Below, one piece after another: positions 1 to 7,985 of a stretch of DNA of 21,446 bases (the stretch's first letter is position 1; each line of letters begins with the position of its first letter). The position numbers were made by a program, and so were the translations under genes. The stretch is taken from the NCBI GenBank assembly GCA_040905425.1, contig JBBDRO010000019.1, positions 1-21,446 on the forward strand. The letters are read 5' to 3'. A model generated the notes under the pieces. It had not been told where the DNA came from, made no database searches, and saw nothing but the letters and a program-made list of their open reading frames with translations. The DNA is from Gemmatimonadota bacterium. Its GTDB lineage: Bacteria; Gemmatimonadota; Gemmatimonadetes; Longimicrobiales; RSA9.

Positions 1-208
1 TCACCGCCTCCGGATAGCCCGTGCGTGCCAGGAGGCGGAGTGCGTTCGGCGCCGAAAAGACCCCCGGCCGGATGCTGTAGTCAAAACGAACGCCCGAGTC
101 CTCCACCTCCTCGCGGAAGTGCCCGGCCGTCCAGCGCTCCCTGAGCAGCTCCGCCAGCTCCACGTCGTGCGTACCAGGCAAAGGCGCCCCACCCGCCCCA
201 TGAACGCC
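1..208 (-). repeat. Diverged duplicate of the 3' end of the MutS-family ATPase gene (matches 8021-8232); runs off the left edge
   Basis: Manual alignment of 1-172 to 8021-8192 gives 13 mismatches in 172 nt. A 4-nt deletion follows (gtacca vs gtggctacca), and similarity ends at cccatgaacgcc (208/8232). The minus strand encodes THDVELAELLRERWTAGHFREEVEDSGVRFDYSIRPGVFSAPNALRLLARTGYPEAV. Confidence 0.95.
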
Positions 209-268
209 GCGGCGTGGCAAGCTGCATTCGAGGCGGCCTTCCTCGAGTGGGCCCACGGGGTAGCCGTA

Positions 269-766
269 GCCGCTGCCCTGCCAGGTGAGCATGTTCTCGA
301 CGGTGGCGGGCTCCAGCATGCCCCGGCGCTGGAAGAGGCGGAGGATGCGGCGCTGGCGGAGCCGCTGGAGGTGATGGGCGTCGTCGCTTGTGAGGTGGGT
401 GGCCTCGTGGAAGCGGACGGTGCCGGCCGGCTCCTCGCTGAAGAGGCCGTCCAGCACCACCACGTGGAAGTGGAAGTGTGGGTTCAGGGATGAGCCGAAG
501 CTGTGCAGGAAGGAGACGGCACCGGGGCGGGCGTCGGGCGCTGCGCCGGGGCTGGTGCGGCGGAGGCGGGTCTGGAGGGCACGGAGCAGGACGCGCAGGA
601 TGGCGCCGGCCAGCTGGGGATCGTGGGGCAGGTAGGGGCGCAGGCGCTTGGGCAGGGAGAGGACCCACTGACGGAGCGGGACGGGCGGCAGCACGGCGTC
701 GCTCAGGTGGGCGGCCACCTCGACCATCCGCCTGGCGCCGCATGAGGGGCAAGCGCCGCGGCCCTT
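269..766 (-). mobile_element. IS91/ISCR-family (HUH, rolling-circle) transposase, N-terminal-half fragment
   Basis: Manual translation of a frame missing from the ORF track (no stop inside the window): KGRGACPSCGARRMVEVAAHLSDAVLPPVPLRQWVLSLPKRLR...GAVSFLHSFGSSLNPHFHFHVVVLDG...MLTWQGSG. It has the Zn-binding CPSC, RQWVLSLP and HUH motifs. The catalytic-tyrosine region is absent. Confidence 0.9.
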
Positions 767-971
767 GGCGCGATCTGCCTTTGCTGCTGGCGCCATGCCA
801 ACCGCGGCCGGAACAGGGACCTGAGCCCCCTGCCCGTGGACGTGGAGGTGGAGCGGATCGCGAGCGGATGGCACCGGGCGCGCGAGCGCCAGCTGAATCG
901 AGCGGTGGATGTGTTGTGGGGGCAGATTGGTGGCGGGGGCGGGGGTGGCGGCGGTTGAGACTATGCAGGCG

Positions 972-1664
972 TCACTGAGCGTTAACGGCACTATCTCCCG
1001 TTGGACACAAATCTAGCACCGGACACGGCTCGCAGCGCGGGTTCCTACCGATGCAAAGCGACCTGCCATGGTGGACGAGGTTGACATGCAGTGAGTGCCG
1101 CAGGTCAACGGGGACGAGGTCTTGGAGAACATCGTGGGCAGCTTTCCGATCCACCCGTTCTGGTAGAAATCCGAGCCGGGCCATGACCCGTAGGCAGTGG
1201 CTGTCGACGGGGAAGACGGCGCGATCGAGCGAGTAAAGCAGAACGCAACGAGCCGTCTTCGGGCCGACCCCCGGCAGGGAGGTAAGAAACTCTTCGGCCG
1301 CTTCGGTCGTCATCCTGCGCAGCGGTAAGAGTGTGGCAGAACCAAAGGCCTCAATGATGCGTGAGATCTGAGCGGTAAGCCGCAGCCACTTCAATTCGGC
1401 CATACCACCCTGCTCCAGGATCTCCAGCACTGTGCTCTTGTTCATTTCAATCAGTTGGGACCATTCGCCGGCGCAGGCGTTACGAAGACGCTGGTAGGTC
1501 TTGGCGTAGAGACGTTCCTTCGTCCGGATAGAGAGCTGGATGAAAACGAGTTCATCCAACGGGTCTGACTTGTTGCCGAGGGGGCCGCTGTGATAAACGC
1601 ACTCGATCTCGACCGAGATCGTCCTTAGCCGTGCCTCTTCTGACGGTGAATGCCGGTGTGTCAC
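972..1664 (-). CDS. Endonuclease III (Nth)-family HhH-GPD DNA glycosylase with [4Fe-4S] cluster
   Basis: HhH motif LTSLPGVGPKTARCVLL (Lys retained), FPVDSHCLRV (catalytic Asp) and C-x6-C-x2-C-x5-C (CIGRNPRCEPCPVLDLC). The GTG start lies 2 nt after the mcrC stop. Confidence 0.9.
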   Translation of the reverse strand: MTHRHSPSEEARLRTISVEIECVYHSGPLGNKSDPLDELVFIQLSIRTKERLYAKTYQRLRNACAGEWSQLIEMNKSTVLEILEQGGMAELKWLRLTAQISRIIEAFGSATLLPLRRMTTEAAEEFLTSLPGVGPKTARCVLLYSLDRAVFPVDSHCLRVMARLGFLPERVDRKAAHDVLQDLVPVDLRHSLHVNLVHHGRSLCIGRNPRCEPCPVLDLCPTGDSAVNAQ

Positions 1665-1666
1665 GG

Positions 1667-2968
1667 CTATACCAATCCGTCCACCGCAGGCTGGCTGGCG
1701 GCCAGCACGAGTTCGTGGAGCCGCTCCACAGCATGTGCCCGGCGCTGGCTATCCCCCGATGCGAGACCGAACACATCAACGCTGCCCACAGTCAGTTCAC
1801 CCTGGCCGCCGGCAAGTCGGAAGCGGTTGCGCCACGACGATCTCCCACCTTCCCGCATCCAGGCGGCCTCGGGAAAGAGGAGGAGGCCGCGATCGACCGA
1901 ATGTGCGGCCATGTAGGTCGCGACCTGATAGACGTCGGTTGGGCTGAGGCCATGGGAGCCAGATCGACTGGGAAGCTGCTTCCACTTGGCATCCGCAACG
2001 AGGATCGGGTGCCCCCCGCCGTCGGTCAGCAGAAGGTCTGGTCGGAGCGACAGGGATGCCACTCCAGTGGATACCGAATGAAGGAGCCTCGGCCGGACTG
2101 GCCGCAGCGAGAGCTTCGTCCCTAGCGGCGGGCTGGAGGCAAGCGTTCTACGGATAAGGCGCTCGAACACATCATCGAGAGTGAACAGCAGACCGAAACC
2201 CTTCGCTTCACCGGTGCTGGTCGGAATTGGGGCCTGGCCTCGACGTATCAACACCGCAAGATCGACATACGGCCGCCACCGGTCCTCCTGCCTCGAGAGG
2301 CGCACTCTATGCGGCCGTAGGTGGTGAAGGGAAATTATCCGGGCCGCTCCCAACATGCGGTCACAGTGGTCCAGGGTCATGATATCTTGCCGCGATTCGG
2401 CCGCGTCCCGTAAGGCGGTGCCGAGCGCCCGCAGTACCCTGTTGAGGCCATTGTCGAACTGAAGCGGGGCATGCCTGATCGGGGTGACGTGCCTTTCCGA
2501 AGGTAGACTCGTCGCAAGGGCGCTGAAGCGGATTTTGCCCTTGATCTGGCTAAGGCGCTCCTCGCGTATGTGGTATCGCCGAGGCACCCCGAGCAGGAGG
2601 TCACGGTGCAGTTGTGATGAGAACGAGGAGATGAGGACTTGGAGGAGATGGTGGCGTCCGGAGGCGACCGCGGTACGGGAGATGAGCGGTCGCGGCACCA
2701 GCCCGGCACGATCGAGAAGGTCGAATAGAAATCGGCGGAGGTCGTCAGCCGACAGTTCCGCTGTACCTTTTGGAAGAATCTCGAGTTGGCACCACCCCAA
2801 ATCTACCACTCCAACGTAACCTCCTACGACAACGCCGCGCCCTGTGCGCCGGAGAAAATCCCCCGGGAGGCGAGCCGCAGACCTCATCAACCGGTCCCAT
2901 GCGGCGTTCGACACCGGAGTTTCGCTGGAAACAAGGCCGTGCTCGACCGCGGCGAAACGCCTCTTCAT
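1667..2968 (-). CDS. mcrC: McrC-family PD-(D/E)xK restriction nuclease subunit
   Basis: YVGVV...LEILPK N-terminal signature, LRPDLLL...ILVADAKWK catalytic motif and DVYQVATY. It lies directly downstream of mcrB. Confidence 0.9.
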   Translation of the reverse strand: MKRRFAAVEHGLVSSETPVSNAAWDRLMRSAARLPGDFLRRTGRGVVVGGYVGVVDLGWCQLEILPKGTAELSADDLRRFLFDLLDRAGLVPRPLISRTAVASGRHHLLQVLISSFSSQLHRDLLLGVPRRYHIREERLSQIKGKIRFSALATSLPSERHVTPIRHAPLQFDNGLNRVLRALGTALRDAAESRQDIMTLDHCDRMLGAARIISLHHLRPHRVRLSRQEDRWRPYVDLAVLIRRGQAPIPTSTGEAKGFGLLFTLDDVFERLIRRTLASSPPLGTKLSLRPVRPRLLHSVSTGVASLSLRPDLLLTDGGGHPILVADAKWKQLPSRSGSHGLSPTDVYQVATYMAAHSVDRGLLLFPEAAWMREGGRSSWRNRFRLAGGQGELTVGSVDVFGLASGDSQRRAHAVERLHELVLAASQPAVDGLV

Positions 2969-2977
2969 CGGAATGCC

Positions 2978-4297
2978 CTACACCGTCAACCGGACCAGTG
3001 CCTTCCGGAATCGCGAATCGTCCCACTGACGGGAGTCCGGGTTCCACCAGTCGGCTGCACGGGAGACGTGGAACCCATCTGGGTCAACCGCTAGGTCCTC
3101 TGGGAGAGAGGAGGGCTCAGGAATTTCGACGCCTTCAAGAAGCCCACCGCCAGTGACGAAGTCCGTCCTCCGCCACTCCCCGTGGAAATACTCCTGAAGA
3201 AGCGGAAGTACCTTCATCCTGATGATGGAAGCCATGGCTCGGGCCTTTCCGTCATCCGAAGCGTCCCATCCCGCTCGGAACCGGACCTCCTCCAAACTCG
3301 CTTCCATAAAGTCCGAGTGCCCGAGGCGTAAGTCGTGGGACATGAGGACGGTGATGCGGCGATTCATCTCTTCCAGAATGCCAGCCACCGGAATCCCACC
3401 GTAATCCGAGGGGCAGAGAGAGGGCTCGGGAGCGACCTCGACGAATCGGAAGCGGCGGCGAAGCGCGAGGTCGAACACCGAAAGGGACCGATCGGCGGTG
3501 TTCATCGTGGCGAGAATCGACAATCCCGCTGGGACCGAGAACGTAGTTCGCGAATACGGCAGGACCACCGAGCTCTCCTCGCGACCACCTTCGCGCTTGT
3601 CCAGTTCGATTAGCGTGATCAGCTCGCCGAAAACCCGCGATAGGTCGGCGCGATTGATCTCGTCGATGACGAGCACGACATCCTGGGTCTCCTCCTCAGC
3701 TGCTTGAAGTGCCTCGTAGACGGCCCGGAGATGGCTCGAGTTCGTGAGCAGGGTCGTGGGGAGGTTCGTCCTTCTAGATACGTCCTGGCGCTCTTCATTC
3801 CTCGGACCCGCCAGGGACAGCTGATCCGGCTCGATTTCCCTCGCTCGGAGGCGATTCAACGTCCAAAAGTCGGCATACTGCTCAAGGTAAGGCGAAACTG
3901 CATCCGCCCTGTCTACCTCGCTCCGTAGAACGACTCCACCGGCGTCGATCGCGACAACCTCGTACCGGTCGTTCCCTCCCAGCCGATCTCCAACGGACAC
4001 CCACGTCCGGCAAGCAGCGGACGCAGTTTTAAAGGGTCCGTCCACCACTCGGTAAACGATCTCGCCGCGTTCAGTCTCCTGAGGGCGAAAGCCCTCGACG
4101 AAGTCCTCGTACGAATATGACGGGTGAAATGTGACCCAGAAGATCCGCCCCTGGCGCACGAGTTCGTTGTGTCGAGCTCGGGCCTCCTGGGGATCCTCAG
4201 GAATCTGCCCATCGATAAGCCGCAAGGCTTCCCTCGCAGCTCGGTATGTCTTGCCGGTCCCGGGGGGGCCGTAGAAGACGATCATCTCAGCCGGCAT
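2978..4297 (-). CDS. mcrB: McrB-family AAA+ GTPase without an N-terminal DNA-binding domain
   Basis: Walker A GPPGTGKT, FHPSYSYEDFVEG, Walker B IDEINRAD, McrB signature MNTADRS and ALRRRF. A GAGGA RBS precedes the ATG, and an in-frame TGA shortly upstream rules out an N-terminal extension. Confidence 0.93.
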   Translation of the reverse strand: MPAEMIVFYGPPGTGKTYRAAREALRLIDGQIPEDPQEARARHNELVRQGRIFWVTFHPSYSYEDFVEGFRPQETERGEIVYRVVDGPFKTASAACRTWVSVGDRLGGNDRYEVVAIDAGGVVLRSEVDRADAVSPYLEQYADFWTLNRLRAREIEPDQLSLAGPRNEERQDVSRRTNLPTTLLTNSSHLRAVYEALQAAEEETQDVVLVIDEINRADLSRVFGELITLIELDKREGGREESSVVLPYSRTTFSVPAGLSILATMNTADRSLSVFDLALRRRFRFVEVAPEPSLCPSDYGGIPVAGILEEMNRRITVLMSHDLRLGHSDFMEASLEEVRFRAGWDASDDGKARAMASIIRMKVLPLLQEYFHGEWRRTDFVTGGGLLEGVEIPEPSSLPEDLAVDPDGFHVSRAADWWNPDSRQWDDSRFRKALVRLTV

Positions 4298-4388
4298 AGC
4301 GTTCCTCGCCTGCGTCAGTCAGAGGTCGTACCGTCCCATGAGGATGTGGTCCTTCGAGCAGTCGGGCCAGTGCGGAGTCCGGACACAT

Positions 4389-6773
4389 CTAAACTGCCAC
4401 CGCCTGGAGGTGTTCGTCCTGGCGGCGGGCTTGCAGGGTCAAGAGCTGCGCAACGCGGTCGGCCATCTGGTAGCTCAGTAGCGGGGGAACGGCGTTCCCG
4501 ATCACACGGAACGCGTCCACCAGACCAAGATGGCCGAAGGAGAAGGAGTCAGGGAACGATTGGACTCTGGCGGCTTCTCGGACGGAGAGGGAACGGTCCT
4601 CCCACGGGTGCACATAGGCGTACGTATCCTTGCCCATGTGCGTGACGATCGTCTTGCATGCCCGGCTCCCGTCTAGCCTCGCCAACCAGTCGCCGTGGTT
4701 ACCTTCACGTTTGCGAAGGTAGGTGTCCTTCAGCAGATGATGACCGAGTTCGCCAGGTAGCGGATCGATCGACTCCAGCAATAGTCGAATGCTCAGGTCC
4801 CCATCTACCCTCGAAGCGAGCTCATTGAGTTCTTCGGAGGTAATGTACTCGCCGAGAATCTTGCCATCGGCCGCACCGGCGGACATTAGCGCATGGATCG
4901 CTCGTGAAATCATGTTCAACGTAGGGCTGCTGTCACACCTGTAGTCCATCCACCGATTGCCCGGACCCATGAGGCCGAACCACTCGCGATCATCTCGGCG
5001 GTGGTCCCGAGCAACGTGGGAATCCACCGAGCCTTTGCCATGTCCCGCTGCTTGCGTGATCCAGCGCGCATATCGCGCGGCAGGATTGGAACCACCTCCG
5101 AATGTACCGGCGGACCCTAGATCGACAGCGCGGTCCAACCCGGCTCCTACGCCCTGTCCGCCAACTTCGAATGCGGGCGGGAGATCGTGTAGTGCGTGCC
5201 GGAGTGGCACCTCCTCTTGCACAGGCAACGTCAGGAGCCACTCGGATACATCCGCTGCCGCTTCCAGCGCGGCTACGGCCTCGAGCACGCCGGCCATAAA
5301 GAAACGGTCTCGTCTCTGCGGCACCATGTGGTCGGAGGCCATGATAGTCTTACTCGCTAGCCGATAGTTGAGTCCACCGTCCGATAGCTCCCTCACCGCC
5401 TCTGCAAGGATCTCGGTAGCGAGGAAGGTTCCGTCCGGCGTCTGCACCTCCGTCTGGAAGTGCTTGACGTTCTCGAACACGAATACAGGTGGCTGGAGTG
5501 CGCTGACGAACAGGACGTATTTCTCGAACAGCCGATTTCGGACATCGCCCGCCTCTGCGTCATAGTGCACGTGAACACGGTCGTCGCGGAGGCTCCGGAT
5601 CTTACCCCGGCCGATGCGGGAAAATCCCTGACACGGCGGGCCACCGAGCAGCAAAGCCACCCGCCGATCCCCCGTGTACGCTTCCAACATGCTCTCGTCA
5701 ACAGCCTTCTCCCGGAAAAGCAAGAATCGGAGTGAATCGCGCTGCGTGCGCCAATCCAGCCAGATTTGGCGAAGCGAGGGTACCGCCTCGAGAAACTCCA
5801 GAAACTGCCCAATGCGGCGGGCAGAGGAAGCGAGCTGTCCGCGACCACTTCCCTCAGCCTGTTTCCGGAGCCCTTGGGCCTCCCTGTCCCACCGTGCGGT
5901 CAGCTTACCACGAATCTCACGCTGCTGGCGTGACCAGCGGTTTTCGAATGCTCTCGGAAGGCGAAGCTCTTGGGTGGGCACGGCGCCGTCTTCGCGCCAG
6001 AGCATAGATCCGAGGTCAACAGAACGGGTGGAGGGGACGGGCAACCGCAAAGACTCATGGAAGCCCCGGACCGAAGTCTGACCAAGGGCCCGCGAGTCTA
6101 GATCTGCGTATGCCAACGAGAACGGCTCAATGCTTCTGATGGACTCGAACGCGTCGAGGAAGTCGCGGTCGAGCCTCGCGATCACGGCCTTGAACGTGTC
6201 AAGGGATATTGGCTTTCCCCGAGCCAGCAGCGCATCGATGTCTGGCTGCTCCTCTACCATTCGTAGATGATCGAGGTAGAAGGCACGCACTTCAGCCTCA
6301 TTGATGAAGTCGGAAAGGTCCACCTTCCGGGCCACTGGCGACCTGCTCCGGCAGTGATTGACGTTGAAGGTGTGGACCATTGCGTCCTCGACATCTACCG
6401 CTAAGACAGTTTCGAAAACCCGTCCATCTTCAACGAGGTCGAAGCCGAGTGACAGCCCTCCGCAACCGGAAAAGAGATCTACCACGCGCCACCGAGCGGT
6501 CTGGGTAGCAATAGGCCCCAGCTGGAGATTCTCAAGCGGCGATCGGATCCTAGACTCAGGCTGGCGATCGACCCGGGGGGGGTCAGCCTCAAGGCCGTCT
6601 AGCCAAATCCTGTACTTGGCCGCGGAATCGCTCCTCACATACGCCCCCGATAGGTGCCGGCTCAGAGAATCTACGGTGACACCGACCTCGGCGGCTGCAG
6701 CGCGAACGGCGAGTTCCTCCTCGCGCATACGCTGCCGAACGCGCGTCATCAGTGCCTCAATTGATCCTTCCAT
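4389..6773 (-). CDS. DNA (cytosine-5)-methyltransferase with N-terminal HTH and large insertion (794 aa from the likely start)
   Basis: Motif I DLFSGCGG, IV GGPPCQGFS, VI FVFENV, VIII PQRRDR, IX SVREAARVQSFPD and X IGNAVPP. The start is placed at ATG 6773 (GGAGG RBS upstream). The N-terminus AVRAAAAEVGVTVDSLSRHLSG resembles an XRE-type HTH. Confidence 0.93.
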   Translation of the reverse strand: MEGSIEALMTRVRQRMREEELAVRAAAAEVGVTVDSLSRHLSGAYVRSDSAAKYRIWLDGLEADPPRVDRQPESRIRSPLENLQLGPIATQTARWRVVDLFSGCGGLSLGFDLVEDGRVFETVLAVDVEDAMVHTFNVNHCRSRSPVARKVDLSDFINEAEVRAFYLDHLRMVEEQPDIDALLARGKPISLDTFKAVIARLDRDFLDAFESIRSIEPFSLAYADLDSRALGQTSVRGFHESLRLPVPSTRSVDLGSMLWREDGAVPTQELRLPRAFENRWSRQQREIRGKLTARWDREAQGLRKQAEGSGRGQLASSARRIGQFLEFLEAVPSLRQIWLDWRTQRDSLRFLLFREKAVDESMLEAYTGDRRVALLLGGPPCQGFSRIGRGKIRSLRDDRVHVHYDAEAGDVRNRLFEKYVLFVSALQPPVFVFENVKHFQTEVQTPDGTFLATEILAEAVRELSDGGLNYRLASKTIMASDHMVPQRRDRFFMAGVLEAVAALEAAADVSEWLLTLPVQEEVPLRHALHDLPPAFEVGGQGVGAGLDRAVDLGSAGTFGGGSNPAARYARWITQAAGHGKGSVDSHVARDHRRDDREWFGLMGPGNRWMDYRCDSSPTLNMISRAIHALMSAGAADGKILGEYITSEELNELASRVDGDLSIRLLLESIDPLPGELGHHLLKDTYLRKREGNHGDWLARLDGSRACKTIVTHMGKDTYAYVHPWEDRSLSVREAARVQSFPDSFSFGHLGLVDAFRVIGNAVPPLLSYQMADRVAQLLTLQARRQDEHLQAVAV

Positions 6774-7004
6774 CCCACCCCTCCAACCGAACAGATGCCG
6801 AACCTGGTAGCTTGGTAATGCACCACAATACAGCCTCAGAGGCCCCAGCGCATCCCCCTCGTAGCGCGGACCCCGTGTCGGCTCCTTCACTCCGGCGGCT
6901 TGGGTCCTCCTCCACTCAACCCGGATCCTGCGTTTGAGGCTGGTGAGCCGGCCTGAGGCCGTATAAGGGCCCTGCCCGTCGGTGGCGGTACTCTGATTGG
7001 TGTC

Positions 7005-7107
7005 CCCCGTGCTCCATGGGCGTGCCGGAGAGGCGGAGCAGCGCGCGAACGATGGATGAGCAGCCGTCGCTTGACGGTTCGTGATCGAGACGGAGTTCGG
7101 TGCGCAT
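7005..7107 (-). pseudogene. Possible truncated 5' remnant of a gene, reminiscent of VWA-domain protein N-termini
   Basis: A GGAGG RBS precedes the ATG, then MRTELRLDHEPSSDGCSSIVRALLRLSG, after which the sequence stops looking like protein. The family resemblance is from memory only. Confidence 0.3.
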
Positions 7108-7252
7108 GGCGGTGCCTCCCCTTCCGGTGATCGGGTTGAGGGAGGGAAGGTAGGCGGGGGGGTTGACAGCGTGATGTGCTGGAAGGGCGCGGACGGGCGC
7201 CGACGCGACGACAACTGGACACGGAACGGATGCCTGGAGAGAAGAGGCCGGG

Positions 7253-7276
7253 TTGTGGTAGTGATCACGACCACAA
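7253..7276. promoter_or_regulatory. 24-bp near-perfect palindrome, candidate operator
   Basis: TTGTGGT-A-GTGATCAC-G-ACCACAA has one mismatched pair. It can be extended by CGGG/CCCG across a 1-nt bulge. Confidence 0.5.
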
Positions 7277-7381
7277 ACCCGCAAATGTCCTGCGGCCCCG
7301 GCTCGGTGGCCCATCAGGACGGGCGGCTCGGTGCACGTCCGTTCAATCAGCTCGGCGAGCCAGTAGCCCTCGGCCCCCCCC

Positions 7382-7503
7382 CTACTTCACCCCAACCCCC
7401 ACGTTCATCCGGTTCCGCAGCACCGCCCGTCCCCCTCCGACCGCTCCCGGAGCATGCCGTCCATCACCCGCTGCACCTCACGCTTCTGCTCCTCGGAAAG
7501 AAA
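7382..7503 (-). pseudogene. 3' remnant of a probable class I SAM-dependent methyltransferase gene, frameshifted and truncated at the IS end
   Basis: FLSEEQKREVQRVMDGMLRERSEGDG / AVLRNRMNVGVGVK* resembles the C-termini of small SAM methyltransferases (from memory). It has no start codon and abuts the oriIS. Confidence 0.45.
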
Positions 7504-7507
7504 TGAA

Positions 7508-7860
7508 AGAAATAGGAATTTCAACCCACCTCTTCGTCCTCACCCAAGGAGGGCGGGCTCCTCGGCGGAGGCAAGCGTGCCAAGCGTGCTGTCGGTCGGG
7601 GATCGAAGCTGCGAGCGTTGGCCATGCGCCATGGCGGATCGGGCACGGCGTGATGAAGCGCGGGGTCGGGGGGGTGGGGACGGGTCAGGTGCGGGGTGGA
7701 AGCGTGCCCGGCGGCTCGGGCCCGAGAGGCGCAGGCGCGGATCCGCCCTGAGCCGCCTCAGCTCTGGCTCTGATCGAAGTCGAAGTCCGGGATGGGGTTC
7801 GGCTCGGCGGCACCCTCACCCCACGCAACATGCGTTGCGCGGGGACCCCGAGCGAAGGCG
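7508..7860 (-). mobile_element. IS91/ISCR-family 3' end: degenerate transposase C-terminus plus oriIS
   Basis: The minus strand reads ARGP...AEPNPIPDFDFDQSQS* (stop 7758-7760), typical of these transposase tails. About 250 nt downstream, GGGTTGAAATTCCTAT (7527-7512) matches the IS91/ISCR oriIS pattern (GxTTGAAxTTCCTAT). Confidence 0.75.
7819..7844. repeat. REP-like GC-rich hairpin
   Basis: CCCCACGCAAC-ATGC-GTTGCGCGGGG forms an 11-bp stem with one mismatch (a G-T wobble on the minus strand). Confidence 0.5.
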
Positions 7861-7985
7861 GGCACCTAGTCGAGGTGGTCAGGCGCCTCGGCGTCCAGGG
7901 GGAGCCCCGCGAACCATGCCGGTCCACGGGGCGCGCTGAGCAGCCACCGTCGCTTGCGCGGGCAGGATATCGGCGGCGGCCGTGG

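Noticed and set aside
81..752. 223-aa Pro/Arg-rich minus-strand ORF
   Set aside because: It is an off-frame reading of the IS91 transposase fragment; the motifs lie in a different frame.
4287..4388. 33-codon ORF between the MTase and mcrB as a possible recognition subunit
   Set aside because: It is too short and featureless, and it overlaps the mcrB start.
6774..7274. 167-aa N-terminal extension of the methyltransferase in the ORF track (961 aa)
   Set aside because: It is low-complexity and Pro/Arg/Ser-rich, crosses a palindrome and a gene remnant, and a good RBS sits at ATG 6773.
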